DNA of 64,000 nt, taken from assembly GCA_030018435.1 (NCBI GenBank), contig JASEEY010000004.1, positions 21,586 through 85,585 on the forward strand, written 5' to 3'. How positions within the stretch are numbered: the first letter of the stretch is position 1; every line of letters begins with the position of its first letter. Made by a program: the position numbers and the translations under genes. Positions 49,482 to 59,605 of the stretch are shown in pieces. The stretch comes from Methanocellales archaeon. Lineage in GTDB: Archaea; Halobacteriota; UBA148; JAUWXC01. Below the pieces are notes generated by a model that did not search any database, was not told where the DNA came from, and saw nothing but the letters and a program-made list of their open reading frames with translations.

Positions 49482-50084
49482 ATGAAACTAAGGAAAATAA
49501 GAAAAAAGGTCAGAGTCTACTTTGAGATTACCGGACTATCTGAGATTGCGAGACGATATTTTGTCATGAATGCCTTTGATGGTGCTCTGACGATGCTGGG
49601 CATCATCATAGGGGCGTTCGTCTCAGGTGTTATAGACCACATGATAATCATCAGTACTGGCATAGCTGCAAGTCTTGCGATGGGTATCTCCGGAGTCAGC
49701 GGCGCCTACATGACTGAAAAAGCAGAGCGCATTAGAGACCTCAAGGAACTGGAGAGTGCGCTGCTGATCGACTTAAAGGCCACAAAACATGGAAAAGCGA
49801 CCAGATTTGCATGGTTCTTTGCCGCATTCGTCGATGGAGCGAGTCCTGCACTGGCAGCGATGCTCGTCATATCACCGTTCTTCTTGACCGCATATGGTTT
49901 GATATCCGAGATTCAGGCATTTCAGGCATCCTTAATCATGGCGTTTTTGCTCCTGTTTGGGTTGGGAGCGCATTTAGCGAGGACGAGCGATGAGAGTATG
50001 TGGAAGTATGGGATCCAGATGCTCATCGTTGGTTTGATAACTGCAGTTGCATGCATAGGCATTGCATTATTCCTTGGAAGATGA
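49482..50084 (+). CDS. VIT1/CCC1-like membrane protein
   Basis: RRYFVMNAFDGALTMLG, MGISGVSGAYMTEKAE. Confidence 0.8.
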   Translation: MKLRKIRKKVRVYFEITGLSEIARRYFVMNAFDGALTMLGIIIGAFVSGVIDHMIIISTGIAASLAMGISGVSGAYMTEKAERIRDLKELESALLIDLKATKHGKATRFAWFFAAFVDGASPALAAMLVISPFFLTAYGLISEIQAFQASLIMAFLLLFGLGAHLARTSDESMWKYGIQMLIVGLITAVACIGIALFLGR

Positions 50085-50100
50085 GGCGGAGCTGAGGTAA

Positions 50101-51000
50101 GTGGTCGATCTAATAATCGACATCCTGCTATGGACATGGAAGTTCACGAAAGAGGCTGCACCTTGGTTGTTGCTGGGGCTTTTGTTCGCAGGACTGCTGA
50201 AGGCGTTCGTCCCCTCTGAGATCGTTCTGAGATATCTGGGCAAAGGCAATCTGCGATCAATCCTGATGGCAACCCTAGTCGGAATTCCGCTGCCACTATG
50301 CTCCTGTGGAGTCATTCCCACTGGCCTGGGTTTGTACAAATCCGGAGCTTCTAAAGCCTCAACCCTGGCATTCTTCATAGCAACGCCCGCGACAACCATC
50401 ACCACGATCCTGATTGCCGTGGGAATGCTTGGATGGAAATTTGCTCTAGCGGAAGTCTTAACCTGTTTTGGGGTGGCAATTGCGACAGGACTCCTGGCTT
50501 GGATTCTTCTGAAAGAGAGCGAGACAGCCAAACCGACAGGAGGGAAGCATAATGCCAACACCCTTACCAAGAAACTTAGACTCGGAGAAGGAATAAAAGC
50601 GATGCTGCACTATGGTTTTGTCGATATGGTGGATGATATAGGTCTGTATGTACTCATAGGGCTTCTAGGAGCGGGAATAATCGCTGCCTTGGCCCCTCCT
50701 GATTTGATCCAACAATACCTGGGGCGAGGATTGCTGCCGCTGGTCATAATGGTCCTAATCGGCGCTCCCATGTACATCTGCTCAACGGGCTCGGTTCCTT
50801 TTGTCGCCGCGCTCATCGAGAAGGGGATGAATCCAAGTGCAGGACTCGTGTTTTTGATCGTCGGTCCTGCGACCAATCTCTCCACAATTCTTGTGATAGC
50901 GAAGTCGATGGGCAGGGAGACGGCTGCGCTCTATGTCAGTTCTATGATCGTCTTCTCGATCCTGATCGCCTATTCCTTTGGCTTGGGGGGATGGCTATGA
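50101..51000 (+). CDS. DUF318-type permease (metal efflux-associated)
   Basis: PLCSCGVIP, MYICSTGSVP, GPATN. Confidence 0.88.
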   Translation: MVDLIIDILLWTWKFTKEAAPWLLLGLLFAGLLKAFVPSEIVLRYLGKGNLRSILMATLVGIPLPLCSCGVIPTGLGLYKSGASKASTLAFFIATPATTITTILIAVGMLGWKFALAEVLTCFGVAIATGLLAWILLKESETAKPTGGKHNANTLTKKLRLGEGIKAMLHYGFVDMVDDIGLYVLIGLLGAGIIAALAPPDLIQQYLGRGLLPLVIMVLIGAPMYICSTGSVPFVAALIEKGMNPSAGLVFLIVGPATNLSTILVIAKSMGRETAALYVSSMIVFSILIAYSFGLGGWL

Positions 51001-51203
51001 TAAGGACGATCTGCGCTTTGGTGTTGCTCGGTCTGATTGGATACACACAGCTTAGAAAAATTCTGGTCAAAAAAGAGGCTATGAAGTGTGCATCTTGCGG
51101 AAGGGCGATCATCGAAAGACCTGTCAGAAGAGGGGTTAGAGGGGAGCTGGTGTTTTGTTGCGAGCACTGCGCGGAAGCATATGTTAGAACTCGCACATCT
51201 TAA
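50991..51203 (+). CDS. Small membrane-anchored TRASH-domain protein
   Basis: CASCG...FCCEHCAEAY. Confidence 0.7.
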   Translation: MAMIRTICALVLLGLIGYTQLRKILVKKEAMKCASCGRAIIERPVRRGVRGELVFCCEHCAEAYVRTRTS

Positions 51204-51810
51204 TCAAACGCCTCGCCCATTGAAGTTTCTTTTTCTTGATAGGGCTAACACCAGCATCCTCAAAATCAAATCCAAGGAGGGTGACACTTTCCGCGTCAAA
51301 GTGATGTGCCATGAACACGCACCTATCTCCATCGGTGAAGCCTCCGAAGTTATAGATGTTTTTCAGTGGTGTGGATTGTGCGCTTCCGATTACGTGATTG
51401 AGTAACGGCACATATCGCTTTATAGCAGGAATATTATCCCCATGCGCATGGACAACGATGACACTTCCAAGCCTATCAGCGGAAATGATATCATCCATGT
51501 CCCCATCTAGGTCTGTGACGACTATGTCAGGGAGAATGGCATGTTCCAGTAGCACTGATGTTGCACCATCTGCGGCGATAATCATGCGATTGGATACATC
51601 GACGCTCTCGAGTTCTTCCTTGAGGGATGACGCATTCCCGCAAACGATGATGGACTTTTGATGAAGCAATTTGTGCAACCTCTGGGTGCTGAGCGAACGC
51701 TCCTTCAACGATTCGGATAAAATCTCGGCTGAGTGCTCATCCCTGCTCCTGTCAAAGCCAAAGTCCTTCAAAATTTCTTGATAAATTGGTTCCCAGTCTG
51801 CGAAGTTCAT
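51184..51810 (-). CDS. mptE: 6-hydroxymethyl-7,8-dihydropterin pyrophosphokinase
   Basis: WEPIYQEIL.DFG, AADGA, TDLDG, HAHGDN, GGFTDGDR. Confidence 0.92.
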   Translation of the reverse strand: MNFADWEPIYQEILKDFGFDRSRDEHSAEILSESLKERSLSTQRLHKLLHQKSIIVCGNASSLKEELESVDVSNRMIIAADGATSVLLEHAILPDIVVTDLDGDMDDIISADRLGSVIVVHAHGDNIPAIKRYVPLLNHVIGSAQSTPLKNIYNFGGFTDGDRCVFMAHHFDAESVTLLGFDFEDAGVSPIKKKKLQWARRLIKMCEF

Positions 51811-51937
51811 TCTACCGTCTAGTATGTTAAAGGAAAAGGATATATAAGAATCGTACCCTGGAAATCGGCTTCCAGTGGCATATTTATATGCAATAAAAAC
51901 GAACGGTCGAGAAGGGTTAAAACACGGGCATTTGGAG

Positions 51938-52642
51938 ATGGAGGCTATGGTGCGGGTAGATACAAAAACCGAAAAAGTTATCGAAGACATTGCGCTCAGA
52001 AATTGCACCTTCGTCTTTCGCGATCGAGATCATGCGGGAGAGAAGTTAGCCGAAAAGCTAAAAGGATACAAAAAATCAGAGGCATATGTCCTCGCCATTC
52101 CTGCAGGCGGCGTTCCCGTGGGATTTATCCTGTCAAAAAGGCTGAGGCTTCATTTTGACGTAATTCTCGTTAGAAAAATTCACATCCCATGGAACAGGGA
52201 GGCGGGCTTTGGTGCGATAAGCTGGGATGGAGTTATTCTTTTCAACGAACCTTTGCTTCGGTCACTTGGTTTAACCGAAGAGGAGATTAATAGCTGCATA
52301 GAGGAGGAAAAAGAAGACATCACCAAGCGAATGAGATTGTTTAGGGGCGATAACCCCTTTCCCGACTTAAGGGACAAAACCGTCATTTTAGTCGATGACG
52401 GTATAGCCTCAGGTTTCTCCATGCTTGCAGCGATAGAGTCCGTAAGGCGTAGGGATGTAAAGGAAATCGTGGTTGCAGTCCCCACAGGCTCAGAAAATGC
52501 CGTAAGTCTGGTGGAGCCACACGTGGATAAGCTTGTTTGCCTCAACATTCGAACTGGACCAATCTTTGCCGTGGCCGATGCCTACAAAGCCTGGCGCGAT
52601 CTCAAGGAAGATGACATCATGAAGATTTTAAAGGAGGAATAA
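51938..52642 (+). CDS. Phosphoribosyltransferase-family protein
   Basis: FRDRDHAG, VRKIHIP, VDDGIASG. Confidence 0.9.
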   Translation: MEAMVRVDTKTEKVIEDIALRNCTFVFRDRDHAGEKLAEKLKGYKKSEAYVLAIPAGGVPVGFILSKRLRLHFDVILVRKIHIPWNREAGFGAISWDGVILFNEPLLRSLGLTEEEINSCIEEEKEDITKRMRLFRGDNPFPDLRDKTVILVDDGIASGFSMLAAIESVRRRDVKEIVVAVPTGSENAVSLVEPHVDKLVCLNIRTGPIFAVADAYKAWRDLKEDDIMKILKEE

Positions 52643-53228
52643 TCTTGTTTTTCCAAAGCTTGTATTGTCTAGGGTTGATGTTTAGATACTCGTATTGGTC
52701 AAAGGTCTTTATTATCCTCATTAGCTCGTCGATGTAATCTTCCTTTCCATATTTCTTGAGCAGGGCCAAATACTTTTCAACATCGATAGAGTGCATGAGC
52801 AGTGCAATGATATCCAGCTGATCCTTCTTTCCTTTCACCGAGTGCCTACGATGCATTTCCACCCCCTGTTTTAGGATCAGCAACGCCTCAGGTTCAATTG
52901 TCCTCAGATTCTCGATCCTAGTGATATAGTTGTCCAGGTCTTCCACCGGAATTGCCAGATTGGAGTAATGTGGCACATACACGTCGACATCGACCTCATC
53001 GATCTTTATCTCGTATTTACGCAGCCTGTCATTTTTTCTCATCTCATAGCGTTTCTTTAACTTTCCCAGCGTCGCGAAATCAACAACGATATCGATATCC
53101 CTTGACTTGCTGGCCTTCGTCCATAGATAGGTTGCCCAGCCCCCTATGAGGATGAAATTCACTTCTTTGCTCAGCTTTTGCAGAACTTCCCAGCTCTTCT
53201 GCGTCAGAAGCTCACTCCAGTACTGCAT
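52617..53228 (-). CDS. AbiEii-like nucleotidyltransferase
   Basis: FILIGGWATYL...SRDIDIVV, KGKKD. Confidence 0.7.
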   Translation of the reverse strand: MQYWSELLTQKSWEVLQKLSKEVNFILIGGWATYLWTKASKSRDIDIVVDFATLGKLKKRYEMRKNDRLRKYEIKIDEVDVDVYVPHYSNLAIPVEDLDNYITRIENLRTIEPEALLILKQGVEMHRRHSVKGKKDQLDIIALLMHSIDVEKYLALLKKYGKEDYIDELMRIIKTFDQYEYLNINPRQYKLWKNKIIPPLKSS

Positions 53229-53793
53229 CGACTCTTCCCTCCAGTGCTTTGATGAACTCACCAGCATACCATGTATTGATGTTCCATAAATCGACATAGG
53301 TCTGCGCCATGGTCGTCGTTCTCCCATATTTCTCTATCAAGGGGTCTTTTTCCAGAACGAATAGATTTGCTGGTCCTGGTTTCTTTGGAAACCTGTCTTC
53401 GAGCTTCTTGAGAGAGTAGACATAAACTTCGCTGTAATCAGCCGGAACATCCTTGAAATTGAACTTGTAAGCAGAATAGGCGCCATAGACAATGTCATCT
53501 GGCATGCTCTTCTCGATTTCGATCACGCCATCTACTTTCGTGCTGTAAATGATATCCTTTGGAACGTTCCTGATCGAGGCCCAGTACAACAATATCTTCT
53601 TCGCATCGATGACCCTAAAGTTCATCGGATTAATTTTGACAGTGCCCATCCTGACCAGCGGCTTAAGGGCATAGTTGACTGTGCTCAAGGAGATACCCAG
53701 TATCTTTGAAAGCTCCTGTTGCGTGGCTACCTGCTCGCCCTGCTCTAAAACCATATAAAGGATGTGCCTATACACGAATTCCTTCTTTTTCAT
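53212..53793 (-). CDS. wHTH AbiEi-like putative antitoxin
   Basis: TQQELSKILGISLSTVNYAL; overlaps the NTase gene. Confidence 0.65.
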   Translation of the reverse strand: MKKKEFVYRHILYMVLEQGEQVATQQELSKILGISLSTVNYALKPLVRMGTVKINPMNFRVIDAKKILLYWASIRNVPKDIIYSTKVDGVIEIEKSMPDDIVYGAYSAYKFNFKDVPADYSEVYVYSLKKLEDRFPKKPGPANLFVLEKDPLIEKYGRTTTMAQTYVDLWNINTWYAGEFIKALEGRVDAVLE

Positions 53794-53878
53794 ATTCGAA
53801 CTTAGGTTTAATTTATTTATAAAACTTTCGACGTTTTTCGAAAGCCTAAAGAAGAAAAAGCTGTAAAAATACCTAATA

Positions 53879-56800
53879 TTACTTCTCAATACCAAACTCC
53901 ATTTCCACACCTTCCACGATCCAGCGCTTCACCAAATCGCCTTTCACCTTAAGCTTAGGGGCAATATCCAGCTTCTTCGCCCTGACCTCGGTGGAGATGA
54001 ACGTTTTCCAGTTTTCTATGAGGCGCACGACATCCTCACTTTTGATCTGCACAAGCACGTTTATATAATCCTCCACGTTCAGGTCCAGCGTCTTTCTCAT
54101 GTCCTGAATGCGCCTGATGATTTCCTTGGCAAATCCCTCTGCTTTTATCTCCTCCGTCAGAGAGACATCCACGTAGACCCTTCCTTTGGTGAACTCACCA
54201 GCGAAGACGTTCTCAGGCAGGGATTCAACGAAATTCACCATGTCCCTGGTGATTTTGACCTCGCCTTTAGCCAATTTGAGCTTATAGCCTTTTCCGATCT
54301 TCCTGCTCAGCTCTCTTCCGTCCAGTTTTTTCAGTTCGCTGATGACTTCTTCGGTCCTATCCTTGAACGCTGGCCCGAGGGCACTTCGATCTGGAATGAC
54401 TTTCAATGACGTTTCGCTCCATTTTTCCCCAACACCTAGCAACTCAATTTCCTTTGCATTCGCTTGTTCTTTGATGACCCTTTCTAACGAGCCAACGGCA
54501 TCGACTACGACCTCGAACCTAGGCGAGATGACGATTCGCCTGACGGGCCATCTTAATTTTCGCTTCGCTTCCTGCCTGGCAGAGAATACGGCTTCTACGA
54601 TCTCTCTGGCAAGATTCATGTGTCTTTCCAGTCCATCATCGATCAACGTTTCATCCGGAGCTGGCCAGCCGCACACATGCACCGTGGGCTTCGCAGCTAT
54701 AAGATTTTGATACATCTCTTCCGCGATGAAGGGCGTGAAAGGTGCCATCAATTTAATGACAGTCTCCATGACATCGTATATCACGCGATATGCAGCAAGC
54801 TTGTCTGGATCTTCTGCTTCGATCCAAGTCCTGGGACGTATCAGCTGAATATACCATCTCGACAAACCCTCGAGGATGAAGTTCTGCAGGATTCGGGATG
54901 CTCTATGCAGCTCGTATCCATCCATTGCATCCTCCACGTCCTTGATTAAGGATTGTGTTCTGGAAAGGATCCATTCATCCTCTGGACGCAAGTTCCTCTT
55001 CACCTTGTCCAGGGATACGGCGGACGGATCGAACCCATCGAGCACCATGTAGGGTAAAGGAAACCGATAGACGTTCCATAGGATGTTTAACATGCGATGT
55101 ACATTCTGCACCTCTTCCCAGTTGAATCTGATGTCCTCCCATGGTGCGTTCGCAAGTAGCAAATAGAAGCGTAACGTGTCCGCACCATATTTTTCTATGA
55201 CATCCTCTGGCGCGACCACGTTACCTAGACTCTTGGACATCTTCCTTCCTTCCTCATCCAGGGTAAAGCCGTGCATCAGCACGCTCTTATATGGCGCCGC
55301 ATTGAACGCGGCCATGGACGCTCCCAGTTGCGAGTAGAACCACCCCCTCGTCTGGTCATGGCCTTCGGTGATGAAATCGGGAGGCCATAGCTCCTTGAAC
55401 TTCTTCTCATCATGCGGATAGTTCAGCGTGGCCCAGGATGCCACAGCAGAATCAAACCACACATCGAACACATCCTCCACACGCTTCATAGACCCTCCGC
55501 ACTTGCATTTTAGTTGTATCTCATCCAGGTATGGCTTGTGAAGCTCGACCTTGCCCGATAGATTTGCTTTTCTCCTGAGCTCGCCCATGGAGCCGATGAC
55601 CTCCACCGCACCACACTCGCACATCCAAATCGGCAGGGGGGTACCCCAGTAGCGCTGGCGGGAGATGCACCAATCCTGTGCAGAGGAAACCCAGTCCTTA
55701 AACCTGGCGGATCCAGCCCATTCAGGATACCATTTTACGTGCTCGATGGCATCGAGCATCCGCTCCTTTAGCGATGAGACCTTGAGGAACCACTGCCTTG
55801 TCGCCAGATATATTATGGGCGTCTTGCAGCGCCAGCAGTGACCATATCGATGGGTTATTTCGCCCTGTGCAAGTAGAGCGTTTCTCTCGCTGAGATCGCG
55901 CACGACCTGGGAATTTGCCTCGAAAACCTGTTTGCCCGCGTAGACTCCTGCCTCCTTCGTAAAACGACCAGTTGACCCTACCGGACAGAAGATTGGAAGC
56001 CCGTGCTCCACACCAAGCAGGAAATCGTCTAAACCATGTCCAGGTGCAATGTGCACGCATCCGGTGTTCTCCACTTCGGGAGAGATCTCCAGCGTGACAA
56101 AGCTTGCTGTGTATACAGCGTGCTCGATTTCGCGCTGCTGTGGGATTAGATCATCAAGAGGATGCTGGTATTTCATGCCTGCTAGCTCTGCGCCGGAAAA
56201 CTTTTCCAGTATTTCACAGTCTTCATAACGGCCTTCTAGGATTTGATCCACCAGCTCGGAGGCGAGAATCAGTATTTCCTCTCTTTCGTTGCGAACCCTC
56301 ACTCTTGCATACCCAAACCTTGGATGCACGGCGATTGCCACATTGGCTGGAATTGTCCAGGGCGTCGTCGTCCATATCACGATGTATGTATCCTTCTCGC
56401 CCACAACCGGAAATTTGACATAAATCGAAGGGTCGGTTCTGTCCTCGTACTCGACCTCAGAATCCGCTATAGCAGTCTCACATCTGGGACACCAGTTCAC
56501 GACTCTTCTGCCCCGCTCAAGCAGACCCTTCTCATGCGCCTGTTTCAGCGTCCACCATGTCGCCTCGATATATTCGTCAGTGATCGTCATGTAGGGATTT
56601 TCCCAGTCAAGCCACGCCCCTAGGCGTTGAAACTGCGCGGCCATCTGATCCTTGTGCTGAAGGGCGAAGCGCTTGCATGTATCTACGAATTTATCCACCC
56701 CGTATGCTTCGATATCTTTTTTGGACTTGAAGCCCAATGATTCCTCAACCTTGACCTCAATGGGCAATCCATGCATGTCCCATCCCGCCCTATCAAGAAC

Positions 56801-57040
56801 GTCGAATCCCTTCATCGATTTGTAGCGAAGTATGACATCCTTGATGATTTTGTTCCACGCCGTTCCAAGATGGATGCTCCCCGTGGTGTAAGGCGGTCCG
56901 TCCAAGAAAAAGAATTGGCGCCCACCTCTTCGACGTTCTCGTGTGCTGGAATATGCTCGCGTATCATCCCATAACTTGATGATTTTCTTTTCTATCCTCT
57001 GCGGATCGTAATGACTTGGTACTTTCTTGATCACATTCAT
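53879..57040 (-). CDS. ileS: Isoleucyl-tRNA synthetase
   Basis: GPPYTTGSIHLG, WTTTPWT, DWCISRQRYWG, KMSKS. Confidence 0.98.
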   Translation of the reverse strand: MNVIKKVPSHYDPQRIEKKIIKLWDDTRAYSSTRERRRGGRQFFFLDGPPYTTGSIHLGTAWNKIIKDVILRYKSMKGFDVLDRAGWDMHGLPIEVKVEESLGFKSKKDIEAYGVDKFVDTCKRFALQHKDQMAAQFQRLGAWLDWENPYMTITDEYIEATWWTLKQAHEKGLLERGRRVVNWCPRCETAIADSEVEYEDRTDPSIYVKFPVVGEKDTYIVIWTTTPWTIPANVAIAVHPRFGYARVRVRNEREEILILASELVDQILEGRYEDCEILEKFSGAELAGMKYQHPLDDLIPQQREIEHAVYTASFVTLEISPEVENTGCVHIAPGHGLDDFLLGVEHGLPIFCPVGSTGRFTKEAGVYAGKQVFEANSQVVRDLSERNALLAQGEITHRYGHCWRCKTPIIYLATRQWFLKVSSLKERMLDAIEHVKWYPEWAGSARFKDWVSSAQDWCISRQRYWGTPLPIWMCECGAVEVIGSMGELRRKANLSGKVELHKPYLDEIQLKCKCGGSMKRVEDVFDVWFDSAVASWATLNYPHDEKKFKELWPPDFITEGHDQTRGWFYSQLGASMAAFNAAPYKSVLMHGFTLDEEGRKMSKSLGNVVAPEDVIEKYGADTLRFYLLLANAPWEDIRFNWEEVQNVHRMLNILWNVYRFPLPYMVLDGFDPSAVSLDKVKRNLRPEDEWILSRTQSLIKDVEDAMDGYELHRASRILQNFILEGLSRWYIQLIRPRTWIEAEDPDKLAAYRVIYDVMETVIKLMAPFTPFIAEEMYQNLIAAKPTVHVCGWPAPDETLIDDGLERHMNLAREIVEAVFSARQEAKRKLRWPVRRIVISPRFEVVVDAVGSLERVIKEQANAKEIELLGVGEKWSETSLKVIPDRSALGPAFKDRTEEVISELKKLDGRELSRKIGKGYKLKLAKGEVKITRDMVNFVESLPENVFAGEFTKGRVYVDVSLTEEIKAEGFAKEIIRRIQDMRKTLDLNVEDYINVLVQIKSEDVVRLIENWKTFISTEVRAKKLDIAPKLKVKGDLVKRWIVEGVEMEFGIEK

Positions 57041-57198
57041 TCCTCTGAGACTATCGCGTTTCTGAATTGACATCATTCCAATTGAAGATTTCGATGTAAA
57101 TGCCTATGTTTTATGAAAACTGTATATAAAAAGTGATAGCAAAAAAGAAACGTATATATATTAATGGAAAAGGATAATTCGTCATCGAAGGAGGGTTA

Positions 57199-57618
57199 AT
57201 GGCAACGATCTACGTTACGATAGCAGAGTTATTGCATTTTTTGTTCATTTTAACCCTCCTAGCGATGGCAATCGATATCACTCTGACGTATGAGAGAATC
57301 GACTTCGACATGTTTCGGGCACGGCTATTTTTGAACAAAGCAATATTGAAAAGAACGTGGATTACCGTCATTTTCGCCATATTAATCTTGATGTTCTACG
57401 AGTTCATCGGATTCTACGACCTTTATACGGATGCGACGCTGAGCTATCTCTATGAATTCGTTGAACTGCTGTTTGTGGTATATTTCATCTTCATGATATC
57501 TCAGTGGCGTAGCTTACTCAAGCAGTGCATGAAAAAGACAAAAGGCAGTGATAACAAAATAGAGTTTACACAAAAGACGAGCAGCTATGTGCATCTAATA
57601 GCGAGCGCGAAAGGTTAA
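57199..57618 (+). CDS. Hypothetical membrane protein (about 3 TM)
   Basis: Hydrophobic segments; FDMFRARLFLN. Confidence 0.6.
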   Translation: MATIYVTIAELLHFLFILTLLAMAIDITLTYERIDFDMFRARLFLNKAILKRTWITVIFAILILMFYEFIGFYDLYTDATLSYLYEFVELLFVVYFIFMISQWRSLLKQCMKKTKGSDNKIEFTQKTSSYVHLIASAKG

Positions 57619-57662
57619 GTTCTTGAGCTCCAATATTACGATGTAATGTTGGAGGGGTCACC

Positions 57663-58622
57663 ATCAACGAGGAAATCTGGACCGAAAAATATCGACCGAG
57701 GACATTAGGCGATGTCGTTGGACAGGACCAAATTGTCGAGCGCTTGAAATCGTATGTGAAGACCGGTGGCTTGCCACATTTGCTTTTTGCTGGTCCTTCT
57801 GGTGTGGGAAAGACGGCGGCAGCCATTGCCCTTACAAGAGATATGTTTGGGGAGGGTTGGAGAAACAATTTTACAGAACTCAACGCCTCGGATGAAAGGG
57901 GCATAGATGTCGTGCGTAACCAGATCAAGAACTTCGCACGAACCGCCCCCCTGGGGAAGTTGACATTTAAAATCATCTTTCTCGATGAATCCGATGCGCT
58001 TACGCCTGATGCACAGTCCGCGCTGAGACGAACAATGGAGCGATTTACCACCACGTGCAGATTCATCCTGAGTTGTAATTACTCCTCCAAGATCATCGAG
58101 CCCATACAGTCCAGGTGCGCGGTGTATAGATTCAGACCGATATCTGACAAAGATGTCGAGAAACGCATTAAGCACATCGTAAAGGAAGAGAAGCTGAAGC
58201 TCGCTGACGATGGGTTGGAGGCAATCAAGTATGTGGCGAGAGGGGACCTGCGCAGGGCCATCAATACCCTACAGTCAGCGGCAGTTCTCGGCAAGAAAAT
58301 CGATGCAGAAACGATATATCAGACGGTCGCAATGGCGCGCCCGGAAGAGGTGAACGAGCTGATCGAGCTCGCACTGAAGGGCGATTTCATGAAGGCAAGG
58401 GACAAGCTGGACGTGCTGCTAATCGACCAGGGTTTGTCTGGAGAGGATGTAATAGACCAGATTCACGGGGCGATAGCGAATCTGGGTGGAATCTCAGAGA
58501 AACTGAGGGTCGAACTGCTTGACAAGATCGGCGAGGCCGATTTCAGGCTGACGGAAGGCGCAAACGAAAGAATACAATTGGAGGCGCTGATAGCGCATTT
58601 CACGCTGGCTGGGAAGAAGTAA
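57663..58622 (+). CDS. rfcS: Replication factor C small subunit (probable ATC start)
   Basis: EEIWTEKYRP at 57669 onward is in frame with GPSGVGKT, ELNASDERG, SRC. Confidence 0.95.
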   Translation: MNEEIWTEKYRPRTLGDVVGQDQIVERLKSYVKTGGLPHLLFAGPSGVGKTAAAIALTRDMFGEGWRNNFTELNASDERGIDVVRNQIKNFARTAPLGKLTFKIIFLDESDALTPDAQSALRRTMERFTTTCRFILSCNYSSKIIEPIQSRCAVYRFRPISDKDVEKRIKHIVKEEKLKLADDGLEAIKYVARGDLRRAINTLQSAAVLGKKIDAETIYQTVAMARPEEVNELIELALKGDFMKARDKLDVLLIDQGLSGEDVIDQIHGAIANLGGISEKLRVELLDKIGEADFRLTEGANERIQLEALIAHFTLAGKK

Positions 58623-59067
58623 CGGTCAGCGTCTTATAAACTTCATCTGCCAAATGGCTGATATCAGCACCGCGTTCCTTCGCCACCAGAAGAGCCGTTA
58701 CTTCTATCACCAGCTTTAGATGCTCCTGCTTCTCGTTCACCAGCGCTATGGCTTCTTTTCTGCTCATCCCGGTCGTCATGATTAAATCGATGATTTTATC
58801 AAAGAGAGGTTGCTCCTTAAGTTGACTCAACTCTGGCTTGAATCCGAACGGAATTTCTATGGATGTGGCATCAAAATTGGGCGTTATCTCATCATTTTTC
58901 ACGGTTACAAGTCCCGCCTCTTTGGCACTCTCCAACACCTCCTTTGCCTGTTCCGGCGAAAACCAGCCCAAGTCGAGGGAGAGGGCGAATACGAACTCGC
59001 TCGTCATCAGAACGGTTTTCCCCCTCTTCCTAAATGGCATGGCAACCGTCTGCATCAGTTCGGTCAT
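58600..59067 (-). CDS. DUF2240-family protein
   Basis: VAMPFRKRGK..EFVFALSLDLGWFSPEQA. Confidence 0.85.
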   Translation of the reverse strand: MTELMQTVAMPFRKRGKTVLMTSEFVFALSLDLGWFSPEQAKEVLESAKEAGLVTVKNDEITPNFDATSIEIPFGFKPELSQLKEQPLFDKIIDLIMTTGMSRKEAIALVNEKQEHLKLVIEVTALLVAKERGADISHLADEVYKTLTVTSSQPA

Positions 59068-59141
59068 TTTTCTCCATCCCCCTATAGAGCGAAAGGTACA
59101 AATAATATTCTGCTTCAGTTGGTTAGACACGAGGGCTGGAA

Positions 59142-59519
59142 ATGAAATGGCAGGGTAAATCAAAGCGCAAGATGACTGGCGGCAGACTGACGTTATCAAG
59201 GGGCAAGATGAGATATGAGTTGGGGCGCGAGTCCACGGAACCCCGCCTTGGAGAGGTAAGACAGATAGAAGTGCGCATCCGGGGTGGCGAGAAGAAGGTG
59301 CGCCTTTTCCAGTGCGACGTTGCCAACGTCACGAATCCCAAGACAGGCAAGACGAAAGCGGCGAAAATCGAAACCGTTGAATTAAATCCAGCAAACCAGC
59401 ACTATGTGCGGCGCAACATCCTGACAAGGGGCGCAATCGTCAAGACCAAGCTGGGAAGGGCGCGGATAACATCCAGGCCGGGACAGGATGGAGTCGTGAA
59501 TGCGGTGCTGGTGGAATAG
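59142..59519 (+). CDS. rps8e: 30S ribosomal protein S8e
   Basis: [28 protein letters not shown]. Confidence 0.97.
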   Translation: MKWQGKSKRKMTGGRLTLSRGKMRYELGRESTEPRLGEVRQIEVRIRGGEKKVRLFQCDVANVTNPKTGKTKAAKIETVELNPANQHYVRRNILTRGAIVKTKLGRARITSRPGQDGVVNAVLVE

Positions 59520-59605
59520 GTTATAGTATGGTGACGAAATCGTAAACAAATTTTTGTCTTTTTCTATGGCTTCTGGCGTGAATCTTGAAAAGCGAAAAAA
59601 GAAGA

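Noticed and set aside
52620-53900. 3'-end duplications around the AbiE-like pair (and around fic)
   Set aside because: Searched by eye for copies of the ileS, PRT, ths and ahbC ends; none found.
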